NCBI GenBank assembly: GCA_963716945.1
Contig: OY970322.1
Location: forward strand, 210,001-242,000
Origin: Candidatus Saccharimonadota bacterium
GTDB lineage: Bacteria > Patescibacteriota > Saccharimonadia > Saccharimonadales > UBA4665
Length of the DNA stretch: 32,000 nucleotides
Direction of reading: 5' to 3'
Below are positions 23,637 to 32,000 of this stretch, piece by piece. The notes beneath the pieces are model-generated. The model searched no databases. It worked only from the letters and a program-made list of their open reading frames with translations, and was not told the DNA's origin. Every line of letters begins with the position of its first letter. Position 1 is the stretch's first letter. The translations under genes and the position numbers were made by a program.

Positions 23637-25142
23637 ATGAGCAAGCAGCAGCGGCTGGTGCTGGTGGTGAGCATCCTGGCGTCGTTCGTGTCTTTCCTGG
23701 ACGGCTCGATAGTCAACGTGGCCCTGCCTGCCATCCAGAGGGAACTGGGCGGCGGCTTGGCGGCCCAGCAATGGGTTGTCGACGCTTATCTTCTGACCTT
23801 GGGTTCGTTAATCCTGATTGCCGGCTCGCTATCCGACCTGCTCGGGCGGAAGAAAATTCTGGCTTTGGGCCTGAGCGGTTTCGCGGCCGCTTCTTTGCTG
23901 TGCGCGGTCGCGCCAGACAGCGGTCTGTTAATTGCGGCCAGGGCCTTGCAGGGCATAGCCGGCGCCTTGCTGGTGCCGAGTTCGCTGGCCCTAATCATAG
24001 ATACGTTTTCGGGGGCAGCCCAAGGCAAGGCGATTGGCAGTTGGACGGCTTGGACGGGAATTTCCTTTATTATCGGGCCTTTGTTGGGCGGCTTCCTGGT
24101 CGACGCGGCTTCGTGGCGCTGGATTTTTGCCATTAATTTGGTGCCGATTGCCGTTACTTTGTATCTTTTGAAATTCGTCAAGGCCGGCACTGCCGGCCGC
24201 TCCAAAGCCAAGGTTGATATAGGCGGTGCTTTGTTATGCGCCCTGGGCCTGGCCGGCTCGGTTTTCGCCCTGATCGAACAGCCGCATTACGGCTGGGGCA
24301 GCCCGCTTATATACCTGCCGCTGGCCGTCGGCGTTTTGCTGTTGCTGGGTTTTGTCGCTTACGAGCGGCGGGCCAAGTACGCCATGCTGCCGCTCGGCCT
24401 GTTTCGTAACCACAATTTCAGCGTCGGCAACCTGGCCACGCTGTCGGTTTACGCCGGTTTGACGGCCTCGACATTCCTGCTGGTCGTCTTCCTGCAGCAG
24501 GTGGCGGGCTATTCGGCGCTGTCGGCCGGGATGTCGTTGCTGCCGGTGACTATTATCATGTTTTTGGTGTCGCCCCGGGCCGGCGCGCTGGCCGGCAAGT
24601 ACGGCCCGCGGCTGTTTATGGGTTTCGGGCCGCTGGTTGCCAGCTTGGGCTTTTTGATGATACTGCGTCTCACGGAAGACCTTAGCTATTGGACGGGCCT
24701 TTTCCCGGCCATCATGGTTTTCGGTTTCGGGCTGGCTTTTACCGTCGCGCCGCTGACGGCCGCCATCCTCGGCGACGTGCCGGCGGCCCAGGCCGGCATC
24801 GCTTCGGCGGTTAATAATGCCGTCGCCCGGATTGCCGGCTTACTTGCCGTGGCGGCCGTCGGCGCCATCGTAGCTACCAGTTTCGGCAGTGTCATTGACC
24901 GGCAGTTCCAGGCTGCCGGCATTCCCGGCTACTACGCGTCAATGGCCAGGCAAACGCCCCTCAGCCTGACGCCGCCCGACCGCCAACCGTACAAGACCAA
25001 CCCGGCCGTCGCCGATGCCATGTCGGACGCCTCGGTTTCGGCTTTTCACGCCGGGATAGCCAGTATCGCCGTTCTGCTGGCGGCCGGCGGCGTGATTTCG
25101 CTGGCCGGTATCAGGAACCCTGTCCGTGCTGAACGGGCCTAG
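23637..25142 (+). CDS. MFS transporter, DHA2 (EmrB/QacA-like, ~14 TMS) drug:H+ antiporter family
   Basis: 501 aa. It has LDGSIVNVALPAIQRELG, the GSLSDLLGRKK motif A and about 14 hydrophobic segments. Confidence 0.85.
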   Translation: MSKQQRLVLVVSILASFVSFLDGSIVNVALPAIQRELGGGLAAQQWVVDAYLLTLGSLILIAGSLSDLLGRKKILALGLSGFAAASLLCAVAPDSGLLIAARALQGIAGALLVPSSLALIIDTFSGAAQGKAIGSWTAWTGISFIIGPLLGGFLVDAASWRWIFAINLVPIAVTLYLLKFVKAGTAGRSKAKVDIGGALLCALGLAGSVFALIEQPHYGWGSPLIYLPLAVGVLLLLGFVAYERRAKYAMLPLGLFRNHNFSVGNLATLSVYAGLTASTFLLVVFLQQVAGYSALSAGMSLLPVTIIMFLVSPRAGALAGKYGPRLFMGFGPLVASLGFLMILRLTEDLSYWTGLFPAIMVFGFGLAFTVAPLTAAILGDVPAAQAGIASAVNNAVARIAGLLAVAAVGAIVATSFGSVIDRQFQAAGIPGYYASMARQTPLSLTPPDRQPYKTNPAVADAMSDASVSAFHAGIASIAVLLAAGGVISLAGIRNPVRAERA

Positions 25143-25194
25143 CCGCTCGACGCTTATGCTATGCGCCGGGGTAAATTAGCTATAAGCTATTGGT

Positions 25195-26959
25195 ATGGAT
25201 GCTGTCGAAGAGGTTAAGTCGCGTTTGAACATCGAGGATGTGGTGGCCGAATATGTCCAGCTGAAACGGGCCGGGCGGAACTGGCGCGGGCTGAGCCCGT
25301 TTACCAATGAGAAAACACCTAGTTTCATCGTCAGCCCGGAGAAACAAATTTGGCACGATTTCAGCTCCGGCAAGGGCGGCAACATGTTCAGCTTTATCAT
25401 GGAGGTCGAAGGCCTGGAGTTCAAGGGCGCCTTGGAGCTGTTGGCCCGCAAGGCCGGCATCGATATCGAACAATACCGCAGCCAGAGCAGCAGCCCGCGC
25501 GGTCCGGATAAGGAGAAACTATACTCGGTTCTGGAAACGGCCGCCCATTTCTACCAGGTCCAATTCTCCAAAAACCAAACGGCTCTCGAGTACGTTTTCA
25601 AGAAACGCGGCTTTACCAAAGCAACGGCCCTGGAGTGGCGGCTCGGCTACGCGCCCAACAACGGCTCGGCGCTGCTGGCGTTTCTCAAGACTAAAAGTTT
25701 CAGCGAAGACGACATCAAGCGCGCCGGCCTGAGCGCCCGGAGCTACCGCGGCGGCAGCCAGGACATGTTCCGCGGCCGGCTGATGATTCCGCTGCAGGAC
25801 CCGCAGGGCCGGGTCATCGGTTTCACCGCCCGGCAGCTGGGCGATGACGACCCCGACGCGCCGAAATACATCAACACGCCCCAGACCGTCTTATACGACA
25901 AGAGCCGCCATGTTTACGGTCTGCACCTGGCCAAGGAAGCGATCCGCAAGAGCAAGTTCGTCGTAATTACCGAAGGCAACCTCGACGTTATCGCCAGCCA
26001 CCAGGCCGGTGTCCGGCAGGTAGTGGCGACCGCCGGCACGGCCCTGACAGAGCAGCACCTCAAAGCCCTCAGTCGGTTTACCGGCGACATTCGCCTCAGT
26101 TTCGACGCCGACAAAGCCGGCCTGGCCGCCACCGAGCGGGCTATCCCAATTGCCAGCCGGGTCAAGGTCTCGCTCAGTATGATCGACATCCCGAGCGGCA
26201 AAGACCCCGACGAACTGATCGGGCAAGACCCCAAGCTGTGGCGGGAAGCGGTCACCAAGAACCAATACGCTCTGGACTGGCTGATGGCGCGTTACGCCAA
26301 GCTGCTGGATATCGGTTCGGCCCAGGGCAAACGTGAGTTCAGCGACGTTTTGCTGCCGGTGGTACGCAGTTTATCCGACGAGGTCGAACGCGACCACTAT
26401 TTGAATGCCATCGCCAAGACGATCGATGTCAGCCGCGACGCGCTGGAACAGAAATTCAACAAGACCGCCGGCCAAGCGCCGCCCGCCCGCCGGCGCCGCG
26501 TCAAAGCCACGCCGCAACAGGTCGACAAGCAGGCCGTCGAGAACCGAAAGCTTCAGGATAATTTCCTCAGCCTGGTCCTGATGCGGCCGACTCTACGCGA
26601 GTTCCTCGAACTGATGGAACCGGACATGCTGTATACCGGCGACGGCCGGGCTTTGCTGGAGTTCCTGCGCTCCAATCCCGACTTTGACGGCAAAAAAGAC
26701 CTCGCGGCAGTGCAAAATTTAGCCGATTATGTTAAAATAGAAGCATTACTCTACGAGGAACTCTACCAGGGCCTCGAGCTTAACGAGCTTCATTACGAAG
26801 CCGCTCGATTGCAGGCACGACTGGTAGAACAATTTATAAAAACGCAAAAAGCCAAACTGGCCGAAGCCCTGGAAACCGCCGACGAAACGGCCACCCGTAC
26901 GCTTCTGCAACAAGCCAAAAAATACGATTCACTACTTAAACAAGTCAAAGGAGCTGCCA

Positions 26960-26967
<8 letters not shown>
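25195..26967 (+). CDS. dnaG: DNA primase
   Basis: The NEKTPSF zinc-ribbon region is recognisable, although its metal ligands are substituted. The TOPRIM region has [17 protein letters not shown] and SFDADKAG. It overlaps rpoD by 8 nt. Confidence 0.92.
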
Positions 26968-28105
<1,138 letters not shown>

Positions 28106-28111
28106 AAGTCC

Positions 28112-28216
28112 GGGCAGCCGGCCCAGCCAGGCAAGCAGGGTCAAGCGTAGTGCAACCGGACCGATGCTAATCGGTCCGCGTGAAACGCACTGTTTGCCTG
28201 GCTGGGCCGGCTGCCC
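28112..28216. terminator. 105-nt nested hairpin (23-bp perfect outer stem, 9-bp inner stem) between the convergent rpoD and GNAT genes; possible bidirectional terminator or structured element
   Basis: GGGCAGCCGGCCCAGCCAGGCAA (28112-28134) is the exact reverse complement of 28194-28216. The inner stem is CGGACCGAT-gcta-ATCGGTCCG (28157-28178). Confidence 0.5.
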
Positions 28217-28642
28217 TTACAGCACCTTCTTGAAGTAGTAGCCCTCTTGGGTATAGCCGTTTTTGCGGTAGAACTTGTGGGCGACCTTATAGGCGTAGCC
28301 GGACTCGATATAAATGCGGCCGTAGCCGGATTCGGCGGCGATGCTCTCTATGCCTTGGATGAGCTGACTGCCCAGCCCATGCTCGCGAAATTCCGGGTCG
28401 ACATACAATTCGTCGACCTGCATTATCGGTTCCGGGTATCTGACGACCAGGCGGGCGGAGGCGGTAATGAAACCGGCCAGCCGCCGGTCTTGCTCGGCGA
28501 CCAGAATGAAATTGTCTTTGCTGGCGATAACCTTTTGCAAGGAGTCGCTATCCAACTTTGAATATCTGTCTACCTCCATGAAGGCATCATATAGAGCCAT
28601 CAGGTTTACGTGGTCGCCTAAAACCGCTTCGCGTATTACCAT
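28217..28642 (-). CDS. GNAT-family N-acetyltransferase
   Basis: 141 aa. VDELYVDPEFREHGLGSQLIQ is the acetyl-CoA motif A (R/Q-x-x-G-x-G/A). Confidence 0.85.
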   Translation of the reverse strand: MVIREAVLGDHVNLMALYDAFMEVDRYSKLDSDSLQKVIASKDNFILVAEQDRRLAGFITASARLVVRYPEPIMQVDELYVDPEFREHGLGSQLIQGIESIAAESGYGRIYIESGYAYKVAHKFYRKNGYTQEGYYFKKVL

Positions 28643-28649
28643 AGGTTAA

Positions 28650-28655
28650 ATTATA
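28650..28655 (-). promoter_or_regulatory. -10 hexamer TATAAT, 7 nt upstream of the GNAT ATG; putative leaderless promoter
   Basis: Minus strand reads TATAAT-ttaacct-ATG. Confidence 0.45.
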
Positions 28656-28693
28656 ACCCGGCGCGTTACCGGTCGCTTATGGCTGGCCTGGAT

Positions 28694-28701
28694 TGTATAC
28701 T
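28694..28701 (+). promoter_or_regulatory. extended -10 (TGTATACT), 7 nt upstream of the ATG at 28709; putative leaderless promoter
   Basis: Sequence is TGTATACT-ggctagg-ATG. The ORF-track start at 28679 lies upstream of it. Confidence 0.5.
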
Positions 28702-28708
28702 GGCTAGG

Positions 28709-29281
28709 ATGAAGATTATTGGTCTAGCAGGCACCAACGGCTCCGGCAAAGATACCGTCGGCCATATCCTGGCCGAAGATTACGGTTACCTTTTCATATC
28801 GGTGACGGATCTGCTGCGGGAAGAGGCGCGGCAACGCGGGCTCGAACCCAGCCGCGAAAACCTGCGCTTGATCAGCGCCGAATGGCGCCGCGAAGCGGGC
28901 CTGGGCGTCTTGGTCGACAAAGCCGTTGCCGAATTCGGCAAAGCCGGCGGCAGCTACAAAGGCCTGGCCATAGCCAGCCTGCGCAATCCCGGCGAAGCCG
29001 ACCGTGTCCACCAGCTCGGGGGTAAGGTGCTGTGGATAGACGCCGACCCGCGGATCCGCTACGACCGCATCCAGGCTAACGCCGCCAGCCGGGGCCGGGC
29101 CGAAGAAGATAACAAGACCTTTGACGAATTCCAAGCCGACGAGGCCGTAGAGATGAACCAAACCGGCGACGCCGCCACGCTCGACATGTCGGCCGTCAGG
29201 CAGCGCTGCGACGCCACGCTTATTAACGATCAAGACGATTTGCAGGAACTCAAGAGCCGTATAGCTGCAATTCCTCAGTAA
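28709..29281 (+). CDS. P-loop nucleotide/nucleoside-monophosphate kinase-like protein
   Basis: MKIIGLAGTNGSGKDT is a Walker A with the GKD(T) variant, as seen in dNMP-kinase/CoaE-like small kinases. Its size (~190 aa) fits. The start is moved to 28709. Confidence 0.55.
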   Translation: MKIIGLAGTNGSGKDTVGHILAEDYGYLFISVTDLLREEARQRGLEPSRENLRLISAEWRREAGLGVLVDKAVAEFGKAGGSYKGLAIASLRNPGEADRVHQLGGKVLWIDADPRIRYDRIQANAASRGRAEEDNKTFDEFQADEAVEMNQTGDAATLDMSAVRQRCDATLINDQDDLQELKSRIAAIPQ

Positions 29282-29321
29282 CCTAAACAGGGCATAGCCC
29301 TTGTATATTATGCATAAATCT

Positions 29322-29329
29322 TGTATAAT
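29322..29329 (+). promoter_or_regulatory. extended -10 (TGTATAAT), 6 nt upstream of the ATG at 29336; putative leaderless promoter
   Basis: Sequence is TGTATAAT-aaagat-ATG. The ORF-track TTG start at 29321 overlaps the element. Confidence 0.5.
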
Positions 29330-29335
29330 AAAGAT

Positions 29336-30184
29336 ATGTCAGGAACAGGTGGCCACGCACCCGGTATCGAAGTTATAGACGTGCACCCCGATTTGCGGGT
29401 CGTCGAAAGCAACCGTCTGAATGGTAATATGTATCAACGTTTCTCCGATGGCAATAGCTTCTACGTAAGCCGGATGAGGGTTATCGGGGTTGCCGGCTGC
29501 GGCCAAACCGTGGCTATGCTGCCCAAGGGCGCCGACAGCTATGAAGACCTGGAGCAGGGGCCGGTGGTCGCTCCGAAGGAGGCTTACTTTAAATGGCCGG
29601 CGGATCTCCAGCCGGCGGCTGATGTGGCCTATGACCCGGAAGACCCGCCGCAGATGGTGGACTTACCGGCGGACGGCCTCATCACCCGCCGCTCCGGTAA
29701 AGGCTTAATGCTCAACGCGGCTGATTGCGCCCCGACCATTATCTATGACCCGAGATTACGAATCTTGGGCTTGGCGCATAACGGCAGGGAAGGCGCTACG
29801 CTCGGAATAGGGCCTAAGCTGGTCGAACATATGCGGCGGATGTACGGCACGAAGCCTTCCGACCTGGTTGTGCATTTCGGGGCCTCGATTGCGCCGGAGT
29901 CATATGTCATGCCTCGTTTAGGGGAGTCCTTGCGGCAAGAGGCCTGGCGGCCGTTCCTGCGCGAAGTTGAGGGCGGGTATGAAACCGACATTGTCGGCTT
30001 TGCCGCCCAGAGCCTTCTGGACAGAGGCGTACGGGGCGAAAATATCACCCGTTCGGCTATTGATACTTTTTCCCACCCCGACTACTTTTCTTTCGTAGAA
30101 CATGCTGCCAGCGGAGGGGCTGTTCCCGATGGCCGCAATGGTTTTATAGCCGTATTGAGACAACAAGAAGTGCAGCCGGCGTGA
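29336..30184 (+). CDS. YfiH/PgeF (DUF152, 'laccase-domain') family protein
   Basis: It has LNAADCAPTIIYDP (A-D-C-x-P) and GLAHNGREG, the positional equivalent of the HAGWRG motif. The C-terminal FSHPDYFSF resembles the family end. The family call is from memory. Confidence 0.55.
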   Translation: MSGTGGHAPGIEVIDVHPDLRVVESNRLNGNMYQRFSDGNSFYVSRMRVIGVAGCGQTVAMLPKGADSYEDLEQGPVVAPKEAYFKWPADLQPAADVAYDPEDPPQMVDLPADGLITRRSGKGLMLNAADCAPTIIYDPRLRILGLAHNGREGATLGIGPKLVEHMRRMYGTKPSDLVVHFGASIAPESYVMPRLGESLRQEAWRPFLREVEGGYETDIVGFAAQSLLDRGVRGENITRSAIDTFSHPDYFSFVEHAASGGAVPDGRNGFIAVLRQQEVQPA

Positions 30185-31122
30185 GTAATTCGGAAACGGC
30201 AATCGCCGCGCCAACGTTTTACGGACAGCACCAGGAACAACTACGCAGGCTGTTTGAAATAACCGGTCTGCCCGAAGAAGTCAGCGCGGACTTGCCGATG
30301 GCCGTAGAGGCCACCCAGCCCTGGGTACGGGGCGATCACTCCCGGCCCGAGCATAGGTTCAGGTTCAAAGACCCGGAATCGGCCGAGCTGCACGATATCT
30401 ACGGCGACTTGGGCTTGCGTGACGCCCATGACCTGCCAGCCGGCACCTACCAGCACGCCATCTTGCTCGGGGGTGTCCACCGGGGTAACAACCGGCGCCT
30501 GGGGTTTATGAACCAAGTGTTAACGAGCGGCACCGTCATCGTCGAGGATATTACCCTTCTCGGCGGTGAACGCCGGGTTTACCCGGAAGTCGAAATCGAG
30601 GACATAGAGAACAACCTGCACGCCCTTAGAAACGTCGATGAGCCCTGGCTCGACCGCCTGAGAAACAGCAAGGTCGAGTCGTGGTGGGAAACGGACCTGT
30701 TGCGGCTCGCTGCCACCGTCCGGCTTGGACGGCTGTCCGTTGCCGGGCGTGAATACGAGCCGTTAAACTCCCGCTACCGGCCTCATCGCCAAACCTTCAC
30801 TTGGCGCAAACTGCCGTTGGCCATCATGCATACCCTGGCGGTTGCCCGGCAGGGAGAACCGCGGCATACCACCGAGGCCTGCGTGCGCGACTGGCTGGAC
30901 ACCATGCTGCCGGCCGATAATGCACGCGTGGCGTTCTTCGGTGCCAACCCGCACCTTACACGAATGGGCAGGTCCGCCCAAGCCGTTTTGCGGGCCCAAG
31001 GCAGGCCGGACATCGATCTGGTCGTTGCCGGCCCGGCGTCGGTCGAGGGGCTGGGCCATGGCCATTATTTGGGCGAGGTCGCCCGCCAATTGTACGAGGA
31101 TAAACGTTTGCTAGAGGCGTGA
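30181..31122 (+). CDS. hypothetical protein, translationally coupled (GTGA) to the YfiH-like gene; possibly distant DUF218/YdcF-like
   Basis: 313-aa ORF with host-like codon usage. It has weak ILLGG...LLGGER...HLTRMGRSA patterns reminiscent of DUF218. This is not a secure assignment. Confidence 0.55.
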   Translation: MSNSETAIAAPTFYGQHQEQLRRLFEITGLPEEVSADLPMAVEATQPWVRGDHSRPEHRFRFKDPESAELHDIYGDLGLRDAHDLPAGTYQHAILLGGVHRGNNRRLGFMNQVLTSGTVIVEDITLLGGERRVYPEVEIEDIENNLHALRNVDEPWLDRLRNSKVESWWETDLLRLAATVRLGRLSVAGREYEPLNSRYRPHRQTFTWRKLPLAIMHTLAVARQGEPRHTTEACVRDWLDTMLPADNARVAFFGANPHLTRMGRSAQAVLRAQGRPDIDLVVAGPASVEGLGHGHYLGEVARQLYEDKRLLEA

Positions 31123-31920
31123 TTTGGTCTGTCCCGTGGCCCGGGCATTAAGAGGCAGCTTCTCATAGCCCGGCAAAAGTTTCTGCCCCCGTTCAAGCAG
31201 TTTGAACAATTCTTTGAAAGAATCGGCTATTTGCTGACTTTCAATCAATAGGCCCAAGGCCTCCTGGCCATACGAAATTATGTACAGCTTATTATCGAAG
31301 GCTCCCCATTCGACAGGCGTGGTGTAGTCGGTTTCCTTGAGCCAAGTACGCTTGAGCAGCACTAACGGGTCTTTCTGGCGGTAGTCCTTTGGAGCTGCCG
31401 GCACGTCGGCAGTCAGGGCCCGCCGGCTGACATTTTTGTTGGGGGCCAGCATCCGGAGGTTGTGCATGGTAGGGAAGCCGTAAAAATCTATGCCCGACTT
31501 GGTGTTAACGTAAACGACCTCCTCTTTGGACTTGGCAATGGCCTCGAAAATCTGCCGGATTTCCGACTCGCCCTGGAAGTAGCGGATCCCCGGCTGCTCA
31601 TGCGTCTTGTAAAACTTCTGGATCAGCTGCTGTGATTCGGTTTCCAGGGCCGCCCCAGAAGCTTCTCTGGCAGCATGCTGTTCACGGGCTAGCTCCATCA
31701 GGCGTGACGGGTTGGCCGCCCGGTAGTGCAGTTTTTTATCTTTGTCGAAGCGCTCGGCCAGTTTGTACGCCACCAAATTATCGAGAATCTTATAGCAGTT
31801 TGTGCGGGTTTCGTGGACGTAACGGGCTAATTCGGCCGGTTTCCAGTCCTTCTTTTCCAGCAGCGCGGCGTAGCATTTTGACTCTTTGGCCGTAAGTCCG
31901 GCAGCTGTTAAATCAATCAT
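31111..31920 (-). CDS. TrmB-family transcriptional regulator
   Basis: The N-terminal wHTH LTAKESKCYAALLEKKDWKPAELARYVHETRTNCYKILDNLVAYKLAER is typical of TrmB. The protein is 269 aa with a C-terminal effector-like domain. Confidence 0.8.
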   Translation of the reverse strand: MIDLTAAGLTAKESKCYAALLEKKDWKPAELARYVHETRTNCYKILDNLVAYKLAERFDKDKKLHYRAANPSRLMELAREQHAAREASGAALETESQQLIQKFYKTHEQPGIRYFQGESEIRQIFEAIAKSKEEVVYVNTKSGIDFYGFPTMHNLRMLAPNKNVSRRALTADVPAAPKDYRQKDPLVLLKRTWLKETDYTTPVEWGAFDNKLYIISYGQEALGLLIESQQIADSFKELFKLLERGQKLLPGYEKLPLNARATGQTKSRL

Positions 31921-31926
31921 CTATCA

Positions 31927-31935
31927 AGCTTAACA
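31927..31935 (-). promoter_or_regulatory. extended -10 (TGTTAAGCT), 6 nt upstream of the TrmB ATG; putative leaderless promoter
   Basis: Minus strand reads TGTTAAGCT-tgatag-ATG. Confidence 0.45.
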
Positions 31936-32000
31936 CAGTTTAGTCTTTTTGTGAATTAAAAATATACAAAAAAGCCATATCATCTATAAATTAACGTATT

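Overview
This is a compact, roughly 60% GC bacterial chromosome segment with Gram-positive-type surface machinery (a sortase and an LPXTG substrate). I saw no rRNA, tRNA, CRISPR array, transposase or integrase by eye. All family calls rest on motif recognition only; no searches were run.

**Left third:** an arginine/carbamoyl-phosphate block (argF', carB, carA, then divergently argC-argJ / argD-argB(NAT fusion)), followed by argS, mscL and msrB.

**Middle:** the most unusual region. Three orphan ORFs (12859-13617, 13633-14262, 15061-15918) have atypically AT-rich codons and strong Shine-Dalgarno (SD) sites. They sit on both sides of a host-like ACT-domain gene, and both units are preceded by copies of a 64-bp AT-rich module (54/64 identical).

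**Next:** HxlR/FMN-reductase, orn, and a surface-polymer locus. That locus holds a processive GT2 synthase, a sortase, a 61-aa 'passenger-less' LPNTG peptide, and a secreted NodB deacetylase with duplicated carbohydrate-binding modules.

**Right third:** a YjbR-like gene, a PQ-rich membrane protein, an MFS exporter, dnaG-rpoD, a GNAT, a P-loop kinase, a YfiH/PgeF-like gene plus a coupled unknown, and TrmB.

**Recurrent architecture:**
- A -10 element lies 6-8 nt upstream of the ATG in at least 10 genes, suggesting leaderless mRNAs.
- Four convergent gene pairs have interlocked stop codons.

**Other oddities:**
- DnaG lacks all four zinc ligands.
- A 105-nt nested hairpin lies after rpoD.
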